From positions 1 to 47,536 of the forward strand of contig JAZQMI010000040.1 in the NCBI GenBank assembly GCA_045543375.1: DNA of 47,536 nucleotides, written 5' to 3'. The notes beneath the pieces are model-generated. The model saw only the letters and a list, made by a program, of their open reading frames with translations, was not told the DNA's origin and ran no database searches. Positions 27,545 through 37,139 of the stretch are shown piece after piece; position 1 is the first letter of the stretch, and each line of letters begins with the position of its first letter. The stretch comes from Eubacteriales bacterium (GTDB lineage: Bacteria; Bacillota; Clostridia; Oscillospirales; CAG-272). The translations under genes and the position numbers were made by a program.

Positions 27545-27555
27545 CCATAACGGAT

Positions 27556-27924
27556 TTATTTCTTATTATGAATGATGCCGCCGATCTTGATACCGCCGTC
27601 GATCTCTTCGAAATCGAACGTACCGGAATACTTCTTGGCCTCGTCATCGCCAAAGGTAAAGGTGATATCCATCGTGCCGTCCTCGGCCTTGACGATCTCA
27701 TATTCACCGTCAAACGACGTGCTGGTTTCAAAACCAAACAAACCGGCCTTGACCTCAATGGTCACCTTATTGCCCGAGAAGGTATAAGAGGTGCCGGCGG
27801 TAACAATACTTCCACCGCCCTCGGCAACGTATGTACCCTTAAGCGTCTTAGCACAGCCGACCAGCGTCATGCACAGCGTGAGTGCAACCAGTGCGATTGC
27901 AAGCCATCTCATTGTCTTTTTCAT
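27556..27924 (-). CDS. Small beta-rich lipoprotein
   Basis: Signal with lipobox LVGC, L.GTY, YTFSG.KVT, GEYEI; own promoter and terminator. Confidence 0.75.
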   Translation of the reverse strand: MKKTMRWLAIALVALTLCMTLVGCAKTLKGTYVAEGGGSIVTAGTSYTFSGNKVTIEVKAGLFGFETSTSFDGEYEIVKAEDGTMDITFTFGDDEAKKYSGTFDFEEIDGGIKIGGIIHNKK

Positions 27925-27983
27925 GTTTGTTTTCTCCTTTATGTACATGATTTCAGCAGCGAGAGCCGCCGCTGTTTGATAAT

Positions 27984-28012
27984 ATTATAGCATAAAATGA
28001 GAAATTTGTCAA
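27984..28012 (-). promoter_or_regulatory. Consensus sigma-A promoter (extended -10)
   Basis: Minus strand TTGACA-N17-TATAAT with TG. Confidence 0.8.
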
Positions 28013-28024
28013 CGACATTTTTCG

Positions 28025-28849
28025 TCAAAGTCGACCGATCAGATCGGCGATTGCGCCGTCGTCGTGCGGGCACAAATGCATACTCGCCGCGTCAAGCACG
28101 CTTGAGTAGGCGTCGCTCGGGCAGGCACCTACGTCGGCCATCGTTATCATGGAAAGATCGTTTTCGTGATTTCCCACGCCGTAGGTCTTGACGGTGCGGC
28201 CCAGCCTTTGCTCGTACACGCGGCGCAACACCTCAAGCATGGTACCCTTGGAGCAGCCAAGTCGCTGCACCTCAAAAAAGGTGTCGGACGAGCGTGTGAA
28301 TTCAAACATCCCGTCATATCGCTGCCTCACGTCCATCGCCAGCGCGTCAAGGTCCTCCTTGGCACCGCGGAAGACAATCTTGTGCCACAGCCTTTGCGTC
28401 CACGCCTCCACGGGCGCGACCTCGACCAGATACGGTTGATCCTTGGCCTCCTCGATGAAGCGGCGCATGATGTCGGTGCGACCGTCGGTGGTAAAGCCCT
28501 GTGGCGTCGTGACGCGGAACCCCACGCGGCGGTACCCTGCTCTGGCATGGATCAACAGCTCGCGCGTCAGATCAATGTCCATAAAGGTTTCGCACAGCAC
28601 GCGCTCGGTCGCGTAATCGTACAGATAAGCACCGTTGGCAAAGATCACGGGAATGTTCGCAAGTTCCCTGGCACAGGGCAACGCCTGCAGCAGGTGTCCG
28701 TGGTGACGTCCCGTCGCAAAGGTAAACAGACCGCCCTCGGCGCAAAACGCACGCACGGCGTCCAGATTGCGCTGCACGATGCGGCTCTTTTTGCCCAGAA
28801 ACGTACCGTCCAGATCGGACGCGATCATAATGCCGTCGTATCTTGCCAT
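28025..28849 (-). CDS. Cof-type HAD-IIB hydrolase
   Basis: SDLDGTFL, ATGR, NGA, SKG, GNHENDLSM. Confidence 0.88.
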   Translation of the reverse strand: MARYDGIMIASDLDGTFLGKKSRIVQRNLDAVRAFCAEGGLFTFATGRHHGHLLQALPCARELANIPVIFANGAYLYDYATERVLCETFMDIDLTRELLIHARAGYRRVGFRVTTPQGFTTDGRTDIMRRFIEEAKDQPYLVEVAPVEAWTQRLWHKIVFRGAKEDLDALAMDVRQRYDGMFEFTRSSDTFFEVQRLGCSKGTMLEVLRRVYEQRLGRTVKTYGVGNHENDLSMITMADVGACPSDAYSSVLDAASMHLCPHDDGAIADLIGRL

Positions 28850-28867
28850 GTCGGTGACTTCCTTTCT

Positions 28868-29812
28868 TTAAAATTCTTGCGCCGTGCGTCGCAAAATGTC
28901 CAGCACGGTTGCCATATTTTCGGGCATGGGGGCTGTAAATTCCATATGCTCGCCCGTGCGCGGGTGCGTCAGCTTGAGCTTGCCCGCATGCAGGCATTGA
29001 CCAGAGATGAGCGACTTGTGCGTCGCTTCAAAACGAGTGCCCGCGCCGCCGTACACGCCGTCGCCAAGCAACGGATGTCCAAGCGAGGCCATATGAACGC
29101 GGATCTGGTGAGTGCGTCCCGTTTCCAGCTCGCAACGAACGTGTGTGAACTGTCCGAAACGCTCGACCACGGTATAATGCGTGATCGCCTCGCGGGCGTG
29201 CACGCCCGTGCCGCGCAGCACGGCCATTTTTTTGCGGTCGGCAGGGTGACGCCCGATGGGCGCGTCGACCGTTCCGCTCTCCTGCTTGAAATTGCCCAGC
29301 GCGACAGCCTCATACACGCGGCTGACCGCGTGCGTTTTGAGCTGCTCGGACAGATGCAGGTGTGCCGCATCGTTTTTTGCAACGACGAGCAGACCGCTCG
29401 TATCCTTATCAATCCGGTGCACAATGCCGGGGCGGATCACACCGCCCACGCCCGACAGCGACGTGCCGCAATGGTGCAGCAACGCATTGACCAGCGTGCC
29501 GCTCTCATTGCCCGCCGCAGGGTGCACCACCATGCCTTGGGGCTTGTTGACGACAACGATATCCTCGTCCTCGTATACGATATCCAGCGGAATATTCTCG
29601 GGCATCGCCTCGCTCGGCTCGGGCTCGGGCAGCTCGATGGACAGCTCGTCACCCGTGCCAAGCTTTGCATTTTTGGCACACGTCTTACCGCCAAGCAGCA
29701 CGCTGCCCTCCTCCAAGAGGCGTGCCGCCGCCGAGCGGGAAAGTCCCGTCACCTCGGCGACGATCACGTCGGCGCGCAGTCCGTTCTGCTCTGCCGTTAC
29801 TGCCCAATTCAT
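28868..29812 (-). CDS. rluD: RluA-family (RluD-like) pseudouridine synthase
   Basis: S4 domain, NKPQGMVVHP, VHRIDKDTSGL, LETGRTHQIRVH; start overlaps lspA stop. Confidence 0.92.
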   Translation of the reverse strand: MNWAVTAEQNGLRADVIVAEVTGLSRSAAARLLEEGSVLLGGKTCAKNAKLGTGDELSIELPEPEPSEAMPENIPLDIVYEDEDIVVVNKPQGMVVHPAAGNESGTLVNALLHHCGTSLSGVGGVIRPGIVHRIDKDTSGLLVVAKNDAAHLHLSEQLKTHAVSRVYEAVALGNFKQESGTVDAPIGRHPADRKKMAVLRGTGVHAREAITHYTVVERFGQFTHVRCELETGRTHQIRVHMASLGHPLLGDGVYGGAGTRFEATHKSLISGQCLHAGKLKLTHPRTGEHMEFTAPMPENMATVLDILRRTAQEF

Positions 29813-30330
29813 GCCGCTCCTCCGTCGCCGTTGGCGGGAGGCTCGGCTTGCTTGGCCTTTGCCTCGTCGCGCATGGTGAGAATGCAGTAGAGCACCATCA
29901 TGCCCGCGCCGATACACACGCAGCTATCCGCCACGTTGAAGATATACGACCAGATGCCGCAAAAATCAATGAAATCCACGACGTAGCCGAGCGCGATGCG
30001 GTCGATCATGTTACCCACGCCACCGCCCACGATGAGTGCCAGCGTCCAGCGCAGTAATCTGCTGTTCTCGGAAAAACGCAAGAGGTAGACGACCACGGCA
30101 ACGATGGCAACGGTCGAAAAGATCATGAACACCCAGCGCTGCTCGGAAAACGAGCCGAACGCCGCGCCGCGGTTTTCAAGATAGGTCAACTTCAGAAAAT
30201 TCGGTATGAGCGTCACCGACCCGATCGGCTTCAGATAGGTGACGACCAACCATTTGCTGAATTGGTCGAGCACGACGAAGGCCTCCGCGATAAGCAGATA
30301 TAGCCAGGGGCGGTTCTTGCGGTCGGTCAT
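29809..30330 (-). CDS. lspA: Lipoprotein signal peptidase II
   Basis: LDQ.SK, NRGAAFG, GG..GN.IDR, VVDFI, FNVAD. Confidence 0.95.
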   Translation of the reverse strand: MTDRKNRPWLYLLIAEAFVVLDQFSKWLVVTYLKPIGSVTLIPNFLKLTYLENRGAAFGSFSEQRWVFMIFSTVAIVAVVVYLLRFSENSRLLRWTLALIVGGGVGNMIDRIALGYVVDFIDFCGIWSYIFNVADSCVCIGAGMMVLYCILTMRDEAKAKQAEPPANGDGGAA

Positions 30331-30331
30331 A

Positions 30332-33142
30332 TCAGTCCTCCAGATTGACAAGGCACTTGGCGCAAAGGAAACCGTCCTCGCTCTGTTTGCCTTCAGTCGA
30401 GTAGCTCCAGCAACGGTCGCACTTGCAGCCGTCGGCGCCCTCAACGAGCACGCCGATGCCCGACACCGTTTCGGTCAGCGCGCCCTCAACGGCCTTACCC
30501 TTCTCAAGCTTAACGCCCGAAACGATGAACACCGTCTTGAGCATATCGCCAAACGAAGACAACAGCTCGTACTGTGCGTCGTCCTCGGTGTAAACGGTCA
30601 GCTTGGCATCCAGCGACTTACCGATCTTCTTATCGGCTCTTGCGATCTCAAGCGCCTTCATGACGTCGTCACGCAGCTCGAACAAAGCATTGTAGCGATC
30701 AGCCTCGCTGCCCAGCTCGTAGCATTCGCAAGCGGCGGGCATACGGTTGAGGAATACGCTCTCGGTCTTATCGCTCGCAAGGTGCGGCATGCACTGCCAG
30801 ATCTCCTCTGCCGTAAAGGACAGAAGCGGTGCCATCAGTCTTACCATGGCGGAAAGCGTCAGGTACATGGCCGTCTGTGCGCTGCGGCGCGCGGGAGAGC
30901 AGGCGCGCTCGGTGTAAACGCGATCCTTGGTGATATCCACGTAAAGCTTGGACAGCTCGGTGGTGCAGAAATTGGTCAGATCGTGATAAATGGTATGGAA
31001 GCAATAGCCCTCATAACCCTTCATGGCGCGGCGGATGAGATCGTTCAATCTCGACAGCAGCCAGCGGTCGATCTCCTGCATGTCCTTGACGTCGACCATA
31101 TCCTTGTTGGGATCGAAGTCGTTCAGGTTTGCCAGAATGATACGCGAGGTGTTGCGGATCTTACGGTAAGCCTCGGAGAGCTGCTTGAAGATCAGATCGG
31201 AGCAGCGGACGTCCACCTGATAGTCGGCAGACGCGACCCAAAGGCGCACAAGGTCAGCACCGTACTTGGCGACCATATCCTGCGGATCGACGCCGTTACC
31301 GAGCGACTTGTGCATGGCGCGGCCTTCACCGTCAACGACCCAACCATGGGTCAGAACGGTCTTGAAGGGTGCCGTCGTGCCGCCCTTGGCACCGATGGCC
31401 GTCAGCAGCGATGCCTGGAACCAACCGCGGTACTGGTCTGCGCCCTCAAGGTACAGATCTGCCGGCCAGGACTGCTCGGGCCAGCCCTTGCCGCCCTCGT
31501 CCTCGAGCACGGCAAAGTGGGTAGAGCCGGAGTCGAACCAGCCGTCCAGCGTGTTCTGCTCCTTGATAAAGTGCGTCTTGCCGCACTTGGGGCAGACGTA
31601 GCCCTCGGGCAGAAGATCCTTGGCATCCATGGCGAACCAGCAGTTGGAGCCGTGTTCCTTGAACATATCGGACACCTTGGCGATGGTTTCTGCGTTGCAG
31701 ATGGTTTCCTTACAATCCTCGCAATAGAAGACGGGAATGGGCAGACCCCAATGACGCTGACGCGAGATGCACCAGTCGGCTCTCTCACCCAGCATCTGCT
31801 TCATGCGCTCGCCGCCCCAGGCGGGCAGCCAGCTCACGTCGTCGCAGGCCTTGACGGCATCGGCGCGGAAGGCGTCGACCGAGCAGAACCACTGCGGCGT
31901 GGCGCGGAAGATGATGGGAGATTTACATCTCCAGCAATGGGGATATTCGTGCTCGAATTCCTTGGAGGCGAACAGTGCGCCGCTCTCGGTCAGGTCGGCC
32001 AGAATGGCAGCGTTGGACTCGTCGTAGTACATACCGGCAAACTTGCCTGCGTCCTCGGTCTGATAGCCGCGATCGTCGACGGGCACGATGATGTCAATGC
32101 CGTAGCGTTTGCAGGTCTGGTAGTCGTCGGCACCAAAGCCGGGTGCGGTGTGGACACAGCCCGTACCGCTGTCCATGGTGACGTAATCAGCCATGAGCAC
32201 GACACTCTCGCGGTCAAGGAAGGGGTGCTGCGTCTTGATGAATTCGAGCTCCTTGCCCTGCATGGTGGCAACAACCTTGAAGTTCTCGACACCGCCCTCG
32301 AGCATGGTCTTGGTGACCAGCGCCTCGGCGATGACGTAATACTCATCGTTCGCCTTAACGACGGCATAGCTCTCGACGGGGTTGAGCGCGATGGCAAGGT
32401 TGCCGGGCAGCGTCCAGGTGGTCGTCGTCCAGATGATGAAATAAGTCTTGGAAAGATCGCAGACATTTGCCAGCTTTCCCATATCATCCTTGACGCGGAA
32501 CTTGACGTAGATAGACGTACACTTGTCGGTCTTGTACTCAATCTCGGCCTCGGCCAGAGCCGTTTCATCCTTGGGGCACCAGTAAACGGGCTTCAGGCCC
32601 TTATAGATGTAGCCCTTACGGAACATCTCGCCGAACACCTTGACCTCACGCGCCTCAAAGGCGGGGTCCATGGTGGTGTAGGGGTTGTTCCAATCAGCGA
32701 CAAGACCCAGACGCTTCATCTGACCGCGCTGGATATCAATGAAATCCTGCGCGAAAGCGTGGCAGGCGCTGCGGAATTCGGGAATGCTCATGGCCTTACG
32801 GTTGAGCTTGTTTTTCTTGATGATGGCCGACTCGATGGGCATGCCGTGGTTGTCCCAACCGGGAACAAAGGGCACGCGATATCCCATCATGGAGCGCGAC
32901 TTGTTGATAAAGTCCTTGAGCGTCTTATTCAAGGCGTGACCCATGTGGATGTTGCCGTTCGAGAAGGGAGGGCCGTCGTGCAGCACGAAGGTGGGGCAGT
33001 CGGCGTTGTTCTCAAGCATTTTGTTGTAAAGATCGATCGACTCCCAGTATTCGAGCATCTTGGGCTCGCGCGTGGGAAGATTTGCCCGCATTTCAAACGA
33101 TGTTGTGGGCAGGTTGAGTGTGGATGTGTAATCCTTTGCCAT
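30332..33142 (-). CDS. ileS: Isoleucyl-tRNA synthetase (type 1)
   Basis: LHDGPP, HMGH, DWCISRQR.WG, EG.DQYRGWF, AMHKS, C-terminal CDRCW...CAKC; Ile T-box upstream. Confidence 0.98.
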   Translation of the reverse strand: MAKDYTSTLNLPTTSFEMRANLPTREPKMLEYWESIDLYNKMLENNADCPTFVLHDGPPFSNGNIHMGHALNKTLKDFINKSRSMMGYRVPFVPGWDNHGMPIESAIIKKNKLNRKAMSIPEFRSACHAFAQDFIDIQRGQMKRLGLVADWNNPYTTMDPAFEAREVKVFGEMFRKGYIYKGLKPVYWCPKDETALAEAEIEYKTDKCTSIYVKFRVKDDMGKLANVCDLSKTYFIIWTTTTWTLPGNLAIALNPVESYAVVKANDEYYVIAEALVTKTMLEGGVENFKVVATMQGKELEFIKTQHPFLDRESVVLMADYVTMDSGTGCVHTAPGFGADDYQTCKRYGIDIIVPVDDRGYQTEDAGKFAGMYYDESNAAILADLTESGALFASKEFEHEYPHCWRCKSPIIFRATPQWFCSVDAFRADAVKACDDVSWLPAWGGERMKQMLGERADWCISRQRHWGLPIPVFYCEDCKETICNAETIAKVSDMFKEHGSNCWFAMDAKDLLPEGYVCPKCGKTHFIKEQNTLDGWFDSGSTHFAVLEDEGGKGWPEQSWPADLYLEGADQYRGWFQASLLTAIGAKGGTTAPFKTVLTHGWVVDGEGRAMHKSLGNGVDPQDMVAKYGADLVRLWVASADYQVDVRCSDLIFKQLSEAYRKIRNTSRIILANLNDFDPNKDMVDVKDMQEIDRWLLSRLNDLIRRAMKGYEGYCFHTIYHDLTNFCTTELSKLYVDITKDRVYTERACSPARRSAQTAMYLTLSAMVRLMAPLLSFTAEEIWQCMPHLASDKTESVFLNRMPAACECYELGSEADRYNALFELRDDVMKALEIARADKKIGKSLDAKLTVYTEDDAQYELLSSFGDMLKTVFIVSGVKLEKGKAVEGALTETVSGIGVLVEGADGCKCDRCWSYSTEGKQSEDGFLCAKCLVNLED

Positions 33143-33185
33143 GTTGGTGTTTCTCCTTTTCGTTTGTTTTTGACCTCGCGGCGGG

Positions 33186-33474
33186 AAACAAAACACGCCC
33201 CACAGCCGCATGCGACTATGAGACGGAACAAGTAAATTCCGCGGTACCACTCACGTTGCGTCCCATGAAGGGAACGCCTCTCACGGCTGCGCCGAGCGGC
33301 ACAGCACCCGACCTTAACGCGGTCAAACGGACGCGACTACTCGGACAAAAACTCTCGCCTTGCCGTTCGCCCCGTCAGCTCCGAAGGGATACGCAACACC
33401 GTCCGCCGCGCCGTCACACCAACCCTGCGCTCTCTGTAGACTTCGTAGTGTCTTGCTTCTTCATCATAACTTTT
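33186..33474 (-). ncRNA. T-box riboswitch leader, Ile specifier
   Basis: AGAGA and GGTGTGA stem-I motifs, specifier ATC (33388-33390), T-box AACGTGAGTGGTACCGCG (33240-33257), terminator 33186-33225. Confidence 0.92.
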
Positions 33475-33480
33475 CATCAT

Positions 33481-33509
33481 ATTATAGCATAGATTTTTTT
33501 GCTTGTCAA
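33481..33509 (-). promoter_or_regulatory. Sigma-A promoter of ileS leader
   Basis: Minus strand TTGACA-N17-TATAAT with TG. Confidence 0.85.
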
Positions 33510-33518
33510 CACATACAC

Positions 33519-33550
33519 AAAAAAAGAACCACCGCACGGTGGTTCTTTTT
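33519..33550 (-). terminator. Intrinsic terminator of the GRE operon
   Basis: AAAAAGAACCACC / GGTGGTTCTTTTT inverted repeat directly after the GRE stop. Confidence 0.85.
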
Positions 33551-33552
33551 CT

Positions 33553-35754
33553 TTATACCTGCACTCTTGCGATCATTTCGTCCTGAAGCTCGCGCGGCAA
33601 GTCGACGAACACGGCCGACACGCCCCAAAGGCGGACGATCAGGTCGCGGTAGGCGTCCGGATTTTGCTGTGCGGCACGCAATGCCTCGACGCTGAGCACG
33701 TTGGGCTGGTGTTGAAGCCCACCCTTGGCAAAATAGGTCGTGAGCAGTTGGCGGAAGATGGCCTCACCCTCGTTGCCCTCAAACACCGAGGCGTAATAGT
33801 TCACCATGACGCACATATTCCACTGGCACAGCCGTCCGTCGATCTTGGCGGCTGACGACAGCGTAGCCGTTGCGCCCTCACTTGCCGTGCCGCTCTCGGG
33901 TGCCAGCGTGACCGCCACGGGTGTGCCCGCATGGCGTCCCTCGGGCGTCGCCATCAGCTTTTGACCCGTCGGCACGGGGTGCGGCTGATGAATACCGCCC
34001 AAAATCACGCCGCCGTCGCTCGTGCGATATTTGGTCAGCTCCCTCAAGCAGAAGTCAAACAGATCGCAAGCGATCGCGTCGACGGCATCGTCGTCGTTGC
34101 CCCACTTGGGTGCGTTCCACAAGCGTCGGCGCAACAGCTCCTGTCCCTCGCCTTGGTAGTCCGCCTCGCAAGCAGCCACCACCTCGGCAAGCGTTGCCTG
34201 TCCTTTATCATACACGACGTGCTTGATAGCGGCAAGCGAGTTGACCGCCTCGGTCGCCGTACCGAAAAAGACACCGCGTGCGCGAATGGGATAGGGCTCG
34301 TAGATCATATCACACGCCACCTCCAGCGTGCCGTGATACAGCGCGCTGAGCAGCGGCAAGGGCGACATGGGGCTTTTGTTGCGGCAGGCGGGCTGAATAC
34401 CACGACGAAGTCCTTCAAAATACTCGTCGTAGCGCCCGTCGCGGTACAGGTATAGATTGGCCTGTGCGCGATTGTGCGTTTCAATGCCCTGCGCAATATT
34501 TTGCGCCACGTGAGCCTTGTAATCCTCCAGCAGCGCGTCAAAATCCGCATATGGTTTTCCCTGCTTCAAAAGCTCCATGAGCAAATTGGCGAGCATGGGG
34601 TTGCAGACGTAGAAAAAGTCGCCCTTGCCGGGAACGTTGACGTCCTGACAAAGATCAAAGCCGTAGCTGCGCGCGTCGGCCTCATTCAAGCCCGCCGCGC
34701 TCAGATTGGCGACAAAGGCCTCGTCGTTGTAGTACGACACGAAATTACAACCACTCACGGTCAGCTTTGATGCCATCTCCAAAAACTCGGGTGGGTTGCA
34801 AGGGTGCAGGCGCAGATTGAACTCGGGCTCGGGCAATCGGACGCGGTCGATGGCGCGAAGAAACATCATAGTGACCTCACTGACCGCGTTCTCGCCACTT
34901 GGCAGCACGCCGCCAAGTGTAACGACAAGCTGCGAGGAATATTTGTTCAGATAGGTCGTGTTCAGATCGGCCTGATCGTACATTTTCAGCAAAAGACAGC
35001 ACAAAAGCTCCTGTGCCATCTCGTGCGGCGTATCCTTCAGATAGGGGGCAAGTATCACATCAAGGCGCCCGTAGCAAATGAATTCAAAGCTTTCGATGAT
35101 GCAGCCAAGGTGTCCGAACCAAAGTAGCTGCACGGCCTCGTAAAAGGTGTCGGGGGCATCCGTTGCGATCTTACGGCAAATGCGCGCGATCTCGCCAAGG
35201 CGTGCCATCTCGTGCTGCTCCGTACTCTCCCCCACCAGACGCTCCGCCTCGTCGGCGTAGCGCAAAATAAGCGTTTGCAGCCCCTCATAAGCAATGCGCA
35301 CCGACGACAAAAACTCGCGCTGTTCCCGCGTGCAGCCCTCTCGCTCTTCGCGTGCGCGCACGTCGTCAAGAATACCGCCGATGCCGCGCGAGAGAAGAAT
35401 GGACAGGTCGGGCGTGTAGTGCGTTTTGTTGGTATAGCTCTGGTCGACACCAAAGCGCTTGATCTCATCCGCGCGAAGATAGGGGATCTTGGTCGGCAGG
35501 TGATAATCAAAGATGCTGTGTCCGTCGAGATTGCTCTCGTGCGGCGTAAAATAAGTGCGCGTACCCACGATCAGCTCGCGCACGCCGATGTACAGCGGCA
35601 TACGCGCAAAAATGAGTGAAAGTGCCATGGCCTTGCGTTCGGCAATGCTCAAAGGCAAGGTCGATACGTCAAGATCGTTCGGCAACGGCGCGCGCTTGCA
35701 TTTATTGGCACCCGACACCGTCATCTCGCGTAGAAAATCAATTCTGTCGCTCAT
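33553..35754 (-). CDS. Glycyl radical enzyme (PFL-like superfamily) of unknown function
   Basis: ELIVG, P.TFYEAVQL.WF, GRLD, TLGG, YYND, PKWGNDD, ATPEGR.AG.P, Q.NV, P..Y.DLIVR..G.S..FV.L; 733 aa from ATG after AAGGAG; adjacent activase. Confidence 0.92.
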   Translation of the reverse strand: MSDRIDFLREMTVSGANKCKRAPLPNDLDVSTLPLSIAERKAMALSLIFARMPLYIGVRELIVGTRTYFTPHESNLDGHSIFDYHLPTKIPYLRADEIKRFGVDQSYTNKTHYTPDLSILLSRGIGGILDDVRAREEREGCTREQREFLSSVRIAYEGLQTLILRYADEAERLVGESTEQHEMARLGEIARICRKIATDAPDTFYEAVQLLWFGHLGCIIESFEFICYGRLDVILAPYLKDTPHEMAQELLCCLLLKMYDQADLNTTYLNKYSSQLVVTLGGVLPSGENAVSEVTMMFLRAIDRVRLPEPEFNLRLHPCNPPEFLEMASKLTVSGCNFVSYYNDEAFVANLSAAGLNEADARSYGFDLCQDVNVPGKGDFFYVCNPMLANLLMELLKQGKPYADFDALLEDYKAHVAQNIAQGIETHNRAQANLYLYRDGRYDEYFEGLRRGIQPACRNKSPMSPLPLLSALYHGTLEVACDMIYEPYPIRARGVFFGTATEAVNSLAAIKHVVYDKGQATLAEVVAACEADYQGEGQELLRRRLWNAPKWGNDDDAVDAIACDLFDFCLRELTKYRTSDGGVILGGIHQPHPVPTGQKLMATPEGRHAGTPVAVTLAPESGTASEGATATLSSAAKIDGRLCQWNMCVMVNYYASVFEGNEGEAIFRQLLTTYFAKGGLQHQPNVLSVEALRAAQQNPDAYRDLIVRLWGVSAVFVDLPRELQDEMIARVQV

Positions 35755-35771
35755 GATACACGCTCCTTTCT

Positions 35772-36590
35772 TTACTGCTTTTTGAAAAGATACTCGTAAC
35801 GCCCGATTGCCTTGAGTGCTCTTGAGGCATCGCCGACGTAGGTGCAATCAAGGCCGAGCGTTTCATATTTACTCTTACCCAGCGTATGATACGGCATGAG
35901 TGTCACGCGCTCGACGCTCGGCAATCCGTTCACAAAATCTGCGATGCGGCGCATCTCGTCCCCGTCGTCGTTAAAGCCGGGAATGACGGGCACGCGCACC
36001 CACATGGGTTTACCAAGCGAGGACAGCCGTCTTGCGTTGTCCAAGATCAGCGCGTTGTCCGCGCCGATCCAAGCGCGATGACGCGCAGCGTCCATGCACT
36101 TGATATCATACAGATAAAGGTCGCACACCTCCAAGGTTTTTTCAAACGCCGACCACGGCACAGCACCCGAGGTATCGATCGCCGTATGTACGCCCTCGGC
36201 CTTGATGGTACGCAACAGCTCGGTCGCAAAATCGGCTTGCAGCAAACACTCGCCGCCTGACAGCGTGACGCCGCCGTCCGCGCCATAATAAGCGCGGTCG
36301 CGCAGTACCAAGTGCACCGCTGCCTCAAGCGTCATACGCTCGCCGCACACCGACAGTGCCCCCACGGGGCACGCATCCGCCGCTTGGAGCGACGAACGGT
36401 CACCGCAACGTCCGCAACCCATGCATTTTTCTTTAAAAAATTGCAATTCGGGCGCAGCAGACAGCCCTTCGGGGTTATGACACCAGGGGCAGCGCAAGGG
36501 ACAACCCTTGAAAAAGACGGTCGTGCGAATGCCCGGTCCGTCGTGCACCGAAAAGCGTTGCACGCGAAAAACAGTAGCGGTACTGCTCAT
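35772..36590 (-). CDS. Glycyl-radical enzyme activating enzyme (radical SAM)
   Basis: HDGPGIRTTVFFKGCPLRCPWCHNPE, GGVTLSGGE, DTSG, YDIK, R.PVIPGFND, PYH.LG..KY. Confidence 0.95.
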   Translation of the reverse strand: MSSTATVFRVQRFSVHDGPGIRTTVFFKGCPLRCPWCHNPEGLSAAPELQFFKEKCMGCGRCGDRSSLQAADACPVGALSVCGERMTLEAAVHLVLRDRAYYGADGGVTLSGGECLLQADFATELLRTIKAEGVHTAIDTSGAVPWSAFEKTLEVCDLYLYDIKCMDAARHRAWIGADNALILDNARRLSSLGKPMWVRVPVIPGFNDDGDEMRRIADFVNGLPSVERVTLMPYHTLGKSKYETLGLDCTYVGDASRALKAIGRYEYLFKKQ

Positions 36591-36603
36591 CAAACTGCTC
36601 CTC

Positions 36604-37074
36604 TCAAAGGTTTTTTGCTCGCTCCTTGACTGCCGCCACAAAATCGGGCAGCTCATGCTCGTAGCTTCCGCTCATATAAGGGCTGGCCATGATAAAATCG
36701 GCCGTCGCGCGATTGTTGGCGATGGGAATGTCATACACCTGCGCGATGCGGAGTAGTGCCTTGACGTCGGGATCGTGGGGCTGTGCGGTCAACGGGTCGG
36801 AGAAGAAAATGACCACGTCCACCCTTCCCTCCACGATACGCGCGCCGATCTGCTGATCACCGCCCAGAGGACCGCTGTTAAATCCGCGCACGGGCAAGCC
36901 TGTATGCTCGGCGACCATTTTGGCCGTCGTGCCCGTACCGCAAAGAAAATGATGCTCCAGGATCTTTTTGTTTTTGAGGCACCAGTCGATCAGTTCTCTC
37001 TTTTTATTGTCGTGGGCAATGAGGGCAATGTTCTTTTGCCCCTCCATTACCACCTTGACCATTTGCTCTGCCAT
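36604..37074 (-). CDS. mgsA: Methylglyoxal synthase
   Basis: IALIAHDNKK, GTGTT, SGPLGGDQQIGA, DPL...PHDPDVKALLR, A.NRATAD. Confidence 0.97.
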   Translation of the reverse strand: MAEQMVKVVMEGQKNIALIAHDNKKRELIDWCLKNKKILEHHFLCGTGTTAKMVAEHTGLPVRGFNSGPLGGDQQIGARIVEGRVDVVIFFSDPLTAQPHDPDVKALLRIAQVYDIPIANNRATADFIMASPYMSGSYEHELPDFVAAVKERAKNL

Positions 37075-37110
37075 AATACTTATCCTTTCTTACTTGGCGT
37101 TTCTGCAACA

Positions 37111-37139
37111 AGTATACCACGCTTTTGATAATAAAGCAA
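37111..37139 (-). promoter_or_regulatory. Sigma-A promoter of mgsA-activase-GRE operon
   Basis: Minus strand TTGCTT-N17-TATACT with TG. Confidence 0.6.

Noticed and set aside
30239-33235. 998-aa plus-strand ORF
   Set aside because: Antisense shadow of ileS
33553-35754. Annotation as pyruvate formate-lyase or B12-independent diol dehydratase
   Set aside because: Lacks the PFL Cys-Cys pair and the GCxE motif of GRE dehydratases
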